DNA of 63,985 nucleotides, counting the filler, from Candidatus Limnocylindrales bacterium (GTDB lineage Bacteria > Moduliflexota > Moduliflexia > Moduliflexales > JAUQPW01): the NCBI GenBank assembly GCA_035559535.1. It is 3 parts of 3 records of this genome, joined end to end, with 100 filler letters (N's around TTAATTAATTAA, not from the genome) between each part and the next. Parts side by side here need not be neighbours in the genome. Positions count along the whole stretch, not along the records: positions 1 to 28,238 come from DATMBG010000047.1; 2 more parts are not named here. One strand, written 5' to 3'. The notes beneath the pieces were generated by a model. It was not told the DNA's origin, did no database searches, and saw only the letters and a list, made by a program, of their open reading frames with translations. Positions 1-10,517 of this stretch are shown here, one piece after another (the stretch's first letter is position 1; each line of letters opens with the position of its first letter). Both the position numbers and the translations under genes were made by a program.

Positions 1-177
1 TTAACCGGTTATTTTCTCTGGATTTTAATCCCTATTCCTCCCCTCCTAAGGGATAAATTCTACCTCTTAAATGTCAGATTTTTTTACGATTTGGGTTATT
101 GGAGTCCTTCTCGGAAAGATCATCCTTCCACCTGGAATCCCGTTGGTGAGGAGGAGGAAGACCTAAGATTTTTCCTA

Positions 178-186
178 TGGTATAAT
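178..186 (+). promoter_or_regulatory. Candidate extended -10 sigma70-type promoter for the polysaccharide cluster
   Basis: TGG-TATAAT (TGn + perfect -10) about 630 nt upstream of the first gene. Confidence 0.4.
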
Positions 187-815
187 TTCTGCAATTCTTG
201 ACAGGATAAGCGGACTGGTAGATTCGATAACCGAAGAAGGGTATTTTTGGTGTATCAGGTTAGTTCTCCGTTCAATAGCTTGAGTTGATCCAGGAGGTTG
301 CCGTTTGCCTGCTCGGGAGCGTGGGCATTTTGCCCCCTCACTCTCCCCTAATCCCCTATCGACGGAGGGAATGGGAGCTTCAGGAGAGGGGAAAGGTAGG
401 ACAGGCACTTGTGCTCCAGCAAGGCAATTACCCATTTATCCCCATCGAGTTGTTCTGAGATTTCCAAAACGGCATTCCAACAGGAAGTAATTCTTCAATT
501 ACCCTCCTTCAATCCCAAATAATCAGATTATGCTGAAAGCTGTTTGCTTGTAAGTGAAGGGGACGGAGTCTGGGCAAGGACCACACCTTTTAGAGATCAC
601 CTTTACCAGATTTTCTTTCAAACTTATACCGAAAAATCCGGAGTGTGCTGATACAGAGATTTCGGTGGATTGGGTTATACAGCACATTAAGAACCTATCG
701 TTGAAGAAAGCCCGCAGAAGATAATAAGGGAGCGCTGTAGGGAGTTGCTGACTGTACAAGTTCCGGAAATAATTCACGCGACCGATTCACGCCAGGAACG
801 AGGAGATAGATAGGA

Positions 816-1517
816 ATGTTGGAAGATTCTAAGCAACGATCCTATTGGAGACGACGGATTCAACGACATCTCATACTGGCTTTGGTAAGTGGGATACTTA
901 TGTTATTGATTTTCCATACTTTACCTTCCACAAGAAATGTTGTCTTCCGGTTAAGTATGGCTTCTGCCTATGCCGGCCTTACTTTCTTGGGTTTATCACT
1001 TATTATAGGACCCTGGAATGTTTTGCAGGATCGTCCCAATCCCATAAGTACCGATTTGCGGCGAGATGTTGGAATCTGGGCCGGACTTCTGGGTCTAGTT
1101 CACATGATAGTGGGCTTACAGGTACATATGGGTGGGAAGTTTTGGCTCTATTTCCTCTATCCGCCTAATCAATCGCACTTTTTGCCTCTCCGTCATGATG
1201 CTTTCGGTTTCGCCAACTTTATGGGACTGGTTGCAACGCTAATACTGATATTGCTTTTAAGTCTGTCAAACGATTTTTCTCTCCGTGCACTGGGTGTGAA
1301 GCGTTGGAAGGCACTCCAGCGTTGGAACTATGTGGGTTTCGCAGGTACGGTGGTGCATGGTGCGGTGTACCAGTTCATTGAGGAACGAAAACTCTTTTTC
1401 GTGGGACTGTTTGGGGGGATGGTGCTGATGGTAATTATCAGCCAGCTCGCCGGTTTCCAAAAAATTCGCAGGCAGTTAGATCAAGGGAACAGGATAGGGA
1501 AGACCCTCAACCAGTGA
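816..1517 (+). CDS. Ferric reductase-like transmembrane heme-b protein (MsrQ/YedZ-like)
   Basis: About six TM segments; RRDVG..H, LSLSND, LG.KRWK.LQR.NY and a second His match the ferric reductase/MsrQ pattern; SD AGGAG upstream. Confidence 0.75.
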   Translation: MLEDSKQRSYWRRRIQRHLILALVSGILMLLIFHTLPSTRNVVFRLSMASAYAGLTFLGLSLIIGPWNVLQDRPNPISTDLRRDVGIWAGLLGLVHMIVGLQVHMGGKFWLYFLYPPNQSHFLPLRHDAFGFANFMGLVATLILILLLSLSNDFSLRALGVKRWKALQRWNYVGFAGTVVHGAVYQFIEERKLFFVGLFGGMVLMVIISQLAGFQKIRRQLDQGNRIGKTLNQ

Positions 1518-1609
1518 TAAAGCTACTGATATGGCTAATTCCTAATCTGTAAAAGAGGAAAGAATAGAGGAAACCAACTTTTTATCGATGTTTAGAAGAG
1601 TATAGAAAT

Positions 1610-2437
1610 ATGTCTGAGAACCCGCAAATAGGTTCCTATAAATATTACGAACGGCTTTATGAAGTGGAAGGAGAACACTGGTGGTTCAGAGGCATACGTA
1701 CCATTACTGCCGGGATTTTAGATGCCAGGTATCAGGGGGCGAAGAACCTGCATATCCTGGATGCGGGATGTGGGACAGGGGTTACGCTCACCTGGTTGAA
1801 ACGGTATAGTTTACCCAAACAAATAGTAGGCATAGATCTGTCATGGTATGCTTTACAATTTTGTCAAAGACGGGGCCATCCTCTTTTATGTCAGTCCTCG
1901 GTTCTGGAATTACCCTTTAAAAGCAATTTGTTTGATTTGATTGTATGCCATGATGTCCTTCAGCATTTGCCGGGAAATAGTTCCGACAAAATAGCTTTGG
2001 GAGAGTTCTACCGAACCCTGAAGCCAGGAGGTTGCTTGCTTGTGCGGACAAACTCGAGTCAGGGAATGGGCAGGGGAAAGTCTTTAAAAGAGGAAGACTA
2101 TAGGATGTACCGTCTGGATGAGTTATGCGATAAAGTTCAGCAGAAGGGCTTTCGTATTTTGAAAGCAACTTATGCCAATAGCTTGTTGTCTATTTTTCCT
2201 ACGGTCAAGCGTTATTTAAGGCAAAGAAAAAACCACCGTTCCCATCATCATAATCAAGGATTAGCTGTCAGATTGCTTCCACCCCCTCTACGATGGCTGA
2301 ATATCCTTCTGTATGGAGTGATGAAAGGTGAAGCCTGGTTTCTTTCTAAGCCTTCCAGGATATTACCCTTTGGTCACACCATTATTCTTTTAGTTCAAAA
2401 ACCAGGACTTGAAAATGGGGACCATTCCAAAATTTAA
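1610..2437 (+). CDS. Class I SAM-dependent methyltransferase
   Basis: HILDAGCGTG motif I, LPF..FDLI, E..HWWF N-terminus typical of glycan-cluster methyltransferases. Confidence 0.85.
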   Translation: MSENPQIGSYKYYERLYEVEGEHWWFRGIRTITAGILDARYQGAKNLHILDAGCGTGVTLTWLKRYSLPKQIVGIDLSWYALQFCQRRGHPLLCQSSVLELPFKSNLFDLIVCHDVLQHLPGNSSDKIALGEFYRTLKPGGCLLVRTNSSQGMGRGKSLKEEDYRMYRLDELCDKVQQKGFRILKATYANSLLSIFPTVKRYLRQRKNHRSHHHNQGLAVRLLPPPLRWLNILLYGVMKGEAWFLSKPSRILPFGHTIILLVQKPGLENGDHSKI

Positions 2438-2493
2438 AAAAGCCCTGACCTGATTTTCAACCTGTTTATACAGGAGTTTTAGGAAGAGATCCT

Positions 2494-3612
2494 ATGCATC
2501 TGGGAGTCAATGCAATTCGTTTTACAAGGAAATTTACAGGGGTCGGGAGATATATGGAGTGTGTTCTCAAAGAATGGAGCCAGATGGACCTTCCGTTTGA
2601 TAGAATTACACTTTTTACCCATACTCCCCTCCAACAAGAAGTACTTTCATTTCCCTTAGAGAGATATCAGGTAAAAGTAATCGGTAAAAAACTTCCCGAT
2701 CCATTATGGGAATGGAGTTCCTTGCGTTCCCAGTCTAAAGATCTGGATGTATTATTTTGTCCGTCTTATACGATTCCAATAGGCTACACGGGAAAATGTC
2801 TGGTAACCAATCTGGGTCCGGCTGAAAATACCCTGGGAAGTTATCATTGGTGGAGGGCCCAGGTGTATGAACTCTTATACCGATACAGCGCCCATAAGGC
2901 TAACAAAGTATGTGCCTGTTCCCATTCAGTAAAGAAACGCCTTATTGAGGTTTATAAAATACCCCCCCAAAAAATTAAGGTAACCTACTTAGCGGCCAGT
3001 GAGGCATTTCGCCCTATTCACGATCACGTAACTTTAGAGCAGATCCGACGTCACTACATCGGTGGAGATAACCCAGTTATATTGTTTGTCGGTAAACTGG
3101 CCAAACGACATTACATTCCTCATCTCTTGAAAGCCTTTGCTGGCGTGAAAAAAAGTAAAAACATTCCCCACAAATTAGTATTAGTCGGCCCGGATTATCT
3201 AAACTTGAACATACCTGCCCGTGCAAATAAACTCGGGATAGGAGATTCTGTGATTCATATCCCCTATGTATATCATAAGGATCTACCTCCGCTTTACAAT
3301 ATTGCAGAGTTTTTTGTTTATCCCTCTTCAGAAGCAGAGGGCTTCGGTATCCCTGTCATAGAAGCCATGGCTTGTGGAGTTCCCGTTATTACAGTCAACC
3401 AGGGTAGTTTACGCGAGTTTGCGCCAGGAGCCGCCTTTTTAATACAGTCCAGTGCGGTATCGGAGTTACAAAATGCTTTGGAAAAAATGATATATGATGC
3501 AGACCTAAGAAAAGATTTAGCTGCTAAAGGACTTGAACGGGCAAAGACCATTACCTGGCAGATTACTGCAGAGAAAACTATGGAGATCTTATGGGAACTG
3601 GCACAGGCTTAA
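2494..3612 (+). CDS. Glycosyltransferase family 4
   Basis: TGVGRY, LFVG, EGFGIPVIEAMACGVPVI (EX7E motif). Confidence 0.9.
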   Translation: MHLGVNAIRFTRKFTGVGRYMECVLKEWSQMDLPFDRITLFTHTPLQQEVLSFPLERYQVKVIGKKLPDPLWEWSSLRSQSKDLDVLFCPSYTIPIGYTGKCLVTNLGPAENTLGSYHWWRAQVYELLYRYSAHKANKVCACSHSVKKRLIEVYKIPPQKIKVTYLAASEAFRPIHDHVTLEQIRRHYIGGDNPVILFVGKLAKRHYIPHLLKAFAGVKKSKNIPHKLVLVGPDYLNLNIPARANKLGIGDSVIHIPYVYHKDLPPLYNIAEFFVYPSSEAEGFGIPVIEAMACGVPVITVNQGSLREFAPGAAFLIQSSAVSELQNALEKMIYDADLRKDLAAKGLERAKTITWQITAEKTMEILWELAQA

Positions 3613-3691
3613 AAAATATGGCCTCCTTGAGCTCATCTAACCCGGGATAAACCAGGATGAGGGGGGTTAGAAATCACAGAGGTATAAAATT

Positions 3692-4780
3692 ATGATAAGT
3701 TTGCTGAAACGAATGGTAAGGCATATAAGGCTTTCACTTAGAACCATAACTTCGCCAGAAGACAAAACCCCACCCTTTCTGATTTTATTTATTAACTCGA
3801 CCTGTAATTTAACCTGTGAACATTGTTTTTATTGGCGAAGTTTGAATAAAGAGGATGATCTGACACGGGATGAAATAATTAATCTGGCAAAGGAGCTAGG
3901 GCCTCTAGAAAATCTAAATTTATCAGGTGGAGAACCTTTCATCCGACAAGAACTGGGTGAGATCTGTAGATTTTTTATCTCGAATAACAAGGTAAAGCAA
4001 ATTTATATCCCAACCAGCGGTTATTTCACCAAAAAAACTGAGAAACAACTCAAAGAAATATTGAAAGAACCTTCTCTTCAACTCGTTGCCATAGAGTTAT
4101 CCCTGGATGGTATGCCAGAATATCATAACAAATTTAGGGGCAATAATAAATCGTTTGAGAATGCAATGGAAACCTATGATATGCTGGCAGAACTCCAAAA
4201 AATAGATCCCAGAGTTCGTATCCATTCTATTTCTACCGCTACATCTGAAAATATTCATGAAATCATGAAATTGACCCATTACTTGTATGAGCGATGTCCC
4301 GCCATGGATCATCATAATCTGGCAATTATTCGCGGAGATCGGAAGAACCCTTCTTTAAAAGGTCCTCAACTGGAAGCTTATAGAAATCTTTACCAGACGA
4401 TAGCCCTGGTATGGAGAGAAAGGGAGAAAAAACGTTTTGGGGCGATTGTAGAGCCCCTGCTTCAATGGGCAAAATACGAGACCATCCGGCAACAAACTCA
4501 GGTCATACCCTGTATGGCGGGAAGATTGAGTGCGGTTGTGTATGCAAATGGAGATGTCAGCGTATGTGAAATTCATCCTCCCCTGGGTAATCTCAGAGAG
4601 AAAAGTTTTTTTGAGATATGGAATTCACCTGCAGCTCGTAGACTTCGAGAAGATATCCGGGCAAAGAAGTGCTACTGCACGACGGAAATGTTTCTCTGGC
4701 CCAGCATTACCTTTCAACCCCTGCAACTGGTAAAAGCTTTATATGGGGCACGGAGGTGGGAGAAACCCAGACTGGGTTAA
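3692..4780 (+). CDS. Radical SAM enzyme with SPASM/twitch domain
   Basis: CNLTCEHC (CX3CX2C), GGEP, C-terminal CMAG..GDV..C..LGN..C.C. Confidence 0.85.
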   Translation: MISLLKRMVRHIRLSLRTITSPEDKTPPFLILFINSTCNLTCEHCFYWRSLNKEDDLTRDEIINLAKELGPLENLNLSGGEPFIRQELGEICRFFISNNKVKQIYIPTSGYFTKKTEKQLKEILKEPSLQLVAIELSLDGMPEYHNKFRGNNKSFENAMETYDMLAELQKIDPRVRIHSISTATSENIHEIMKLTHYLYERCPAMDHHNLAIIRGDRKNPSLKGPQLEAYRNLYQTIALVWREREKKRFGAIVEPLLQWAKYETIRQQTQVIPCMAGRLSAVVYANGDVSVCEIHPPLGNLREKSFFEIWNSPAARRLREDIRAKKCYCTTEMFLWPSITFQPLQLVKALYGARRWEKPRLG

Positions 4781-4809
4781 GGAATCGAACAAGAAAATCT
4801 GCGAAAGAA

Positions 4810-5856
4810 ATGGTTAATATCTTTGCTGAAGAAAATTTGAGATTGTTGGAAGGCTTTCCTCTTTGCTGTCCCCAGTGTAAGGGGATCATCTTACAACAAA
4901 AAGAGAGATTCCTTTGTAAGGTTTGTAAAAGGCAATTTCCTGTCATCGCCGGTATTCCGGATTTCAGAATTTTTGGGGATCCCTATCTCAATTTTGAGAA
5001 TGACTATAAAAGGGCTCAATTAATTGCAGAGAATGCCCCTAAATTTAACTTCCAGGAATTACTTAAATTTTACTGGAGCCACAGCCCTGAAACCCCTTCA
5101 CCATTACGCGAAAAATTTGTCCGAACTGCCCTATTGGCTGAAGCAAAAGCAGAAGGCATCTTAAAGGAGTTAGCTCTCTTTTCTGGGGATCTGATCAAAA
5201 CAAATCAGAACGTACTGGAAATAGGATGCGGTACAGGAGGATTCTTAATATCTGCCGTAAAAACCTATTCCCGTGTGATAGGGATCGACATTGCACTTCG
5301 ATGGCTTATAGTAGCCCGAAAGAGACTTGAAGAATCAGGTAAAAAGGTTCCCTTAATCTGTTGTTGTGCTGAATATCTCCCTTTCCCGGATGGATTTTTT
5401 AATTTGGTCGTTGCCGCTGCGACCTTAGAACATACCCGTGATCAATCCAGGGTGATCTCAGAAAGCTATCGGGTCTTACAGAATGGAGGAATTCTTTTCC
5501 TGAGTACCCCCAACCGTTATAGTCTTACCGTAGAACCTCATGTCTACCTCTGGGGGGTGGGATTTCTTCCCAGATCCTGGATGCCCCGATATGTATACCT
5601 TTTAAAGGGCGTAGGTTATAAGAATTACCGGTTGCTTTCTTATTTTGAGCTTAAAAAATTGCTGAACCCTGTTTTCGGTAAGGTGAGATTCTCGTTACCC
5701 GATGTGGATGATACGATGTTGATTAATTTTAGCCGTTGGAAAAGATTTCAGGTAAAAGTTTATCGAAACTTACGCAAAATATCTCTGTTTAGAGCTCTTT
5801 TCCTTTTGTGCGGACCTATGTATCACATTTTATGTCAAAAAGTTTCTAAGCCCTAA
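4810..5856 (+). CDS. SAM-dependent methyltransferase with N-terminal Trm112-like Zn ribbon
   Basis: CPQC...CKVC...FP...GIP, then VLEIGCGTG; start moved to ATG 4810 to avoid overlap. Confidence 0.8.
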   Translation: MVNIFAEENLRLLEGFPLCCPQCKGIILQQKERFLCKVCKRQFPVIAGIPDFRIFGDPYLNFENDYKRAQLIAENAPKFNFQELLKFYWSHSPETPSPLREKFVRTALLAEAKAEGILKELALFSGDLIKTNQNVLEIGCGTGGFLISAVKTYSRVIGIDIALRWLIVARKRLEESGKKVPLICCCAEYLPFPDGFFNLVVAAATLEHTRDQSRVISESYRVLQNGGILFLSTPNRYSLTVEPHVYLWGVGFLPRSWMPRYVYLLKGVGYKNYRLLSYFELKKLLNPVFGKVRFSLPDVDDTMLINFSRWKRFQVKVYRNLRKISLFRALFLLCGPMYHILCQKVSKP

Positions 5857-5879
5857 TAGAATTTCTCCATGAAATAATA

Positions 5880-6800
5880 ATGTTTCCAGAGAAAAATAAT
5901 AATCTATCAATCATCATAGCCAGTCATAACAGTTTAAAAGAACTCTCACTTTGTCTATCGAGTCTCCAAAGCCAACAGATACCGGCCAATTCTTTCCAGA
6001 GTATCGAGATTATCGTGGTGGGAAATTTATCGGACGAAGAACTTATCCGACTCAAGGAACTTTATCCAACCGTTCGAGTGTTACGAGCGGACCCTCAGGC
6101 TTCCGTACCGCATCTCCGGTCACAGGGCATAAGAGAAGCCCAAGGAGATATCCTTGCTCTTTTAGAGGATCATTGTATACCTGCGCCGGATTGGTATCGT
6201 TCTATTCTTTCAGCACATCGTTCAGGACATCTGGTCGTAGGAGGGACCGTGGAAAATGGGAGTACAGAACGGATCGTGGATTGGGCTGTTTACCTGTTTG
6301 AGTACAGTACCTACATGAAGCCACTTCCCCGCGGAGAAGTGCAACAATTACCGGGAAATAATATCAGTTATAATCGCCGGGTACTTCCTCTATTAAAAGA
6401 CCTGCTAGAAAAAGACCTGTGGGAATCTTTCTGGCATAAGCGGCTCTTAGAAGAAGGAATTTGTTTAATATCAAATCCTGATATGGTCGTCTATCATCAT
6501 AAATCTTTTTGTATCCAGGAATTCTGGCATCTGGTGCGCTTACATGGTCACAATTATGCAGTTTCACGAACCTTTGACGCCTCACATAAAAAATGGCTTT
6601 GGATGGCAGGCGTCTTTTTTTTACCTTTTATTATGTGGTTTAGAATCGGTAAGCGCATTTTAAGCAAACGAAGGCATGTGAAAAAATTTATTCTCGCATC
6701 TCCTTTTCTGCTTTGGTTTAATATAGGATGGACTCTAGGGGAGATAACAGGAACCATTACAAAACGTCCGAAGCCGGAGACAGGATGGACAAAGCCATAA
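5880..6800 (+). CDS. Glycosyltransferase family 2
   Basis: SIII.SHN, LEDH (DXD-like), GNN.SY.R, C-terminal hydrophobic helices. Confidence 0.8.
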   Translation: MFPEKNNNLSIIIASHNSLKELSLCLSSLQSQQIPANSFQSIEIIVVGNLSDEELIRLKELYPTVRVLRADPQASVPHLRSQGIREAQGDILALLEDHCIPAPDWYRSILSAHRSGHLVVGGTVENGSTERIVDWAVYLFEYSTYMKPLPRGEVQQLPGNNISYNRRVLPLLKDLLEKDLWESFWHKRLLEEGICLISNPDMVVYHHKSFCIQEFWHLVRLHGHNYAVSRTFDASHKKWLWMAGVFFLPFIMWFRIGKRILSKRRHVKKFILASPFLLWFNIGWTLGEITGTITKRPKPETGWTKP

Positions 6801-6883
6801 TATTTTACAGGATTTTAGAAGTAAGGAATTTTATTTGTGGAGTTGCAGGACAATCCACCCCGATGAGAGGAAAAATATTTAAA

Positions 6884-7690
6884 ATGGGTAATAAGAACAA
6901 AGGATCCATAGCCTATTTTGACCAGGTGGCTGCCGATTACTTTCAACGGTATTATGAAAATTCGCCCGGAGGTTATGCCCTGCGTGTGCGCCAGGAAAAG
7001 GTATTAGAATTACTCGACAAACCGACAGGTAAGTTGCTGGATGTAGGTTGTGGACCTGGCGTTATGGTTCCTAAGTTAATCAACTTAGGATTTGAATTCT
7101 GGGGAGTCGATGCTTCTCCAAGGATGATAGAGCAGTGTCATAAGGCTTTTGGGAAGGTGAACCGTGCCCATTTTACCGTAGGTAATGCGACAGCCCTGGC
7201 TTTTGCCGATGAATTCTTTGATGTGATCCTCTGTATGGGTGTGATAGATCGCATTAAAGATTATGAAACAGCGATCCAAGAAATGAGCAGGGTGTTAAAA
7301 CCCGGTGGAACGCTCCTCATTACTTTTACTAATTTATTAAGCCCCCATGCGGCCTGGCGGAATTTTGTCTTTTACCCGATGATGGCTTGTCTCAGGCCTT
7401 TGTATTATGGCCTGACCAGGCGACCCCAGCCCCCTGCGTTAGTCTCATTGGCTAGGCTCTATACCCAAAATGCCGCTACCCGTCTGGTAACAAAATACTG
7501 CGGCAGAGTAACAGACGTGGTTTATTTTTATATCAACTTATTTCTATCCCCCCTTGACGAACTTTTCCCCAGGTGGGCTGTATGGACTGCTGAGCGATTA
7601 GAACCCTTGTGCTCTGGTAAGCTAAAATGGTTAGGTGCGAGTTTTATAGTCAAGGCGAAGAAAAGGTCTCATTTCCATGCAACGTCTTAA
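6884..7690 (+). CDS. Class I SAM-dependent methyltransferase
   Basis: LLDVGCGPG, FDVI, RVLKPGG; likely start ATG 6884. Confidence 0.85.
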   Translation: MGNKNKGSIAYFDQVAADYFQRYYENSPGGYALRVRQEKVLELLDKPTGKLLDVGCGPGVMVPKLINLGFEFWGVDASPRMIEQCHKAFGKVNRAHFTVGNATALAFADEFFDVILCMGVIDRIKDYETAIQEMSRVLKPGGTLLITFTNLLSPHAAWRNFVFYPMMACLRPLYYGLTRRPQPPALVSLARLYTQNAATRLVTKYCGRVTDVVYFYINLFLSPLDELFPRWAVWTAERLEPLCSGKLKWLGASFIVKAKKRSHFHATS

Positions 7691-8918
7691 AGTTCTTATC
7701 CTTTCGCGAAACTATCCAAACAAGGTAATGAAAACCCTGGGCCTTTGGGTTAAGAGACTTGTTTACCACATCGCCGAGATTTGTGAACTCAGGGTTATTT
7801 CACCAGTTCCATACTGTCCACCGCTACCCGGATTTCCTGAATACACCAGGTTTCGACAGGTCGAATCCCAGCATAAGGAAGATGACATGGAGGTGTATCA
7901 TCCCCGGTTCCTGGTAGGTTTGGGGTATTCGCTATACAATCTTGAGGCCCTCACTTATTATTTCGGCGTCCGGAGGTTGGTTGATGAGATCCGACATGAC
8001 TTCCCATTTGAAGTGATTCATGCGCACTTCATCTATCCAGATGGGGTTGTGGGGACCTGGTTAGGCCGACGGTATGGAGTTCCTGTGGTAGTCACAGAGC
8101 ATGCACCCTGGCAGGGGTGGATGGACCGGTATCCTTTGGTTCGTCGCCAGGCCGTATGGGCCGCCCGGAAGATTACCCTCCACATCACAGTAAGTAACTA
8201 TGTTCGGACTACTATCGCCTATTTCACAGGAGAACCGGAAAAGATTCGCGTTATTCCTAATGGCGTAGATGGTTCTGTTTTTACACCGCTTAAAAACGGA
8301 GTAAAACCTAACCCCAACCAAATTCTTTATGTAGGGTTCATCAATTTTAATAAGGGGCTTGATATTCTTCTCCAGGCAATGCCCCAGGTGGTTCGACACA
8401 GACCTGAAGCAAAGCTTGTACTGGTAGGGGGAAGCATTTATCGAAATACCCAACTTCAAGAGCAGCGCCTCCGCCAGATGGCCCATGATCTGGGATTAGA
8501 AGGTCATGTTGAATTTATCGGCCCTAAATTGCCCATGGAAGTGAGTCAATATATGAGAGAGAGTGCTGTACTGGTGCTTCCAAGTCGTCTTGAAGCCTTC
8601 GGTTCGGTCATAGTGGAGGCGCTTGCCTGCGGTACTCCGGTAATAGCAACAAGAAGTGGTGGGCCTGAAGATATCATCAATGAAAAAGTCGGTCTTTTGG
8701 TTCCTAAGGAGGATTCAGAGGCACTGGCATCTGCAATTATACAGGTATTAGAACGACGAGATGAATATGACGCCCAGGCCCTTCGTGATTATACCCTTAA
8801 GAACTTTTCCTGGCAGGGTATAGCCCGCCAAACGGTCGATGTTTACAAAGAAGCAATGAATCATTTTCAAGTAAGTTTAAAGAATACCCATCACTTATCC
8901 AGGAGGTATTCGTCATGA
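7677..8918 (+). CDS. Glycosyltransferase family 4
   Basis: IHAHF.YPDG, KG.D.L, EAFGSV.VEALACGTPVI. Confidence 0.9.
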   Translation: MQRLKVLILSRNYPNKVMKTLGLWVKRLVYHIAEICELRVISPVPYCPPLPGFPEYTRFRQVESQHKEDDMEVYHPRFLVGLGYSLYNLEALTYYFGVRRLVDEIRHDFPFEVIHAHFIYPDGVVGTWLGRRYGVPVVVTEHAPWQGWMDRYPLVRRQAVWAARKITLHITVSNYVRTTIAYFTGEPEKIRVIPNGVDGSVFTPLKNGVKPNPNQILYVGFINFNKGLDILLQAMPQVVRHRPEAKLVLVGGSIYRNTQLQEQRLRQMAHDLGLEGHVEFIGPKLPMEVSQYMRESAVLVLPSRLEAFGSVIVEALACGTPVIATRSGGPEDIINEKVGLLVPKEDSEALASAIIQVLERRDEYDAQALRDYTLKNFSWQGIARQTVDVYKEAMNHFQVSLKNTHHLSRRYSS

Positions 8919-10423
8919 GATTTACAAAAGTTGTTATTATCAATCCTCCCAGCCCACCGGGTTATGTTGCCAACAAGGATTCCATGGGAGGATTCGGTCA
9001 ACTCTTCCCTATAGGAGCCACCCTTCTACCCCCCCTGGACATTCCTTACCTCGCAGGTTATTTGGTAGACAAAGGTCTATCTGTTGAAGTGATGGAGGCC
9101 CTGGGGGAAAACTTAACCAAAGAGCAATTGATCCAACGGCTTGTAAAGAGTGGTGATTCAAACGGGGTGGAGCAGATCTTAGTGACCGTGAGGACTTCGG
9201 CTCCTACTTTGGACTGGGACCTCTCGGTATGTACCGCCCTGAAGGAAGCCAACCAAAACCTCGTTTTAGCCATTTATGGGCCTGTAGTTTCCCATGTTCT
9301 GAAACGACTTCAGCAGGAACCCTGCCTGGATTACATCCTGCAAGGGGAGCCGGATGAGACAGTCTACGAACTCACCATCGGACGACCCGAAGAGGAGGTG
9401 CTTGGGATCATCTATCGGCGTGGAGAAACCTGGATAGCTTCTCCCCCCAGGCCTTTCCTGAAGGAACTGGATCGGCTTCCCTTTCCCAAATGGGAACTTT
9501 TACCCTACCATCGATATACACTTCCTAAATCATCCCTCACGGCTCCCGTTCCCTTCTTGCCCATGCTAACCTCGCGGGGTTGCCCCTTTGGATGCCACTA
9601 CTGTCCATATCCCGTTGGTCAAGGGCTACCCTGGCGTTATCGTTCTCCGCGTAATGTGGTAGATGAAATCGAACATCTGGTAAAAGATTTGGGAATTCAA
9701 TACATCCTGTTTCGGGATCCCATGTTTTCACTCCGCCAGAAACGTGTGATCGAGATCTGTAACGAAATTCAACGGCGAGGACTCGTCTTTAAGTGGAAGT
9801 GTGAGACACGACCTGATTGTCTCAATGAAGAGACCTTACGAGCTATGGCCGTGGCAGGATGTGATGGGATTAATTTTGGAGTCGAAAGTGCAGAGGTTGA
9901 GATCCAAGCCAACGTTGGTCGGAAACCGATTTCTCGGGAAGATATCATTGACATGGTAGCCCTGTGCCGAAAGTTGGGAATTAAGACTTTCTGCTTCTTT
10001 ATTATTGGGCTTCCAGGAGATACGGTTCAAACCATCCTGGAAACCATCGCCTTTGCCATCCGATTACGGGCCGATTGGATCCAGTTCACGGCAGCCTCAC
10101 CCTTTATTGGTACTAAACTCCGGGATTGGGCCGTCTCTCAAGGTTTAACGTCGGAGGACGAGTATGCATATATCAACAGCCATGAAGTTACCATCGGAAA
10201 CGAAAATCTGACAAAAAGCCAGGTTGAGGTACTCCACCGGTTTGCCAAGTTTTTTGAACGATACCTTATCAATCGAGGTGGAATTCTCAAAGACGATAAC
10301 CGAAAAGGGCTTCTCTATGGTGGAGCCCGATCTGTAGCCAATTTACTCACCGATTTTTCAGCAAGGATGATTTTCACCCTGGGTCGGAGCTACTTCGAAT
10401 ACCTATATGCCCGTACAGCTTGA
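8915..10423 (+). CDS. Cobalamin-binding radical SAM protein
   Basis: N-terminal B12-binding-like domain, GEPD/LD.LPFP linker, SRGCPFGCHYC, GVES, FIIGLPG. Confidence 0.85.
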   Translation: MRFTKVVIINPPSPPGYVANKDSMGGFGQLFPIGATLLPPLDIPYLAGYLVDKGLSVEVMEALGENLTKEQLIQRLVKSGDSNGVEQILVTVRTSAPTLDWDLSVCTALKEANQNLVLAIYGPVVSHVLKRLQQEPCLDYILQGEPDETVYELTIGRPEEEVLGIIYRRGETWIASPPRPFLKELDRLPFPKWELLPYHRYTLPKSSLTAPVPFLPMLTSRGCPFGCHYCPYPVGQGLPWRYRSPRNVVDEIEHLVKDLGIQYILFRDPMFSLRQKRVIEICNEIQRRGLVFKWKCETRPDCLNEETLRAMAVAGCDGINFGVESAEVEIQANVGRKPISREDIIDMVALCRKLGIKTFCFFIIGLPGDTVQTILETIAFAIRLRADWIQFTAASPFIGTKLRDWAVSQGLTSEDEYAYINSHEVTIGNENLTKSQVEVLHRFAKFFERYLINRGGILKDDNRKGLLYGGARSVANLLTDFSARMIFTLGRSYFEYLYARTA

Positions 10424-10517
10424 AAGGCTGGTAAGGGCAAAACCTTTATCGGTTACTTGCCGGTGTTTCCTGATCTTATCCGGCAAATATCTTGCCTCTA
10501 CAGGGAAGGATTATTTT

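Noticed and set aside
175-777. Short ORFs upstream of the cluster
   Set aside because: No motifs, weak starts and mutually overlapping
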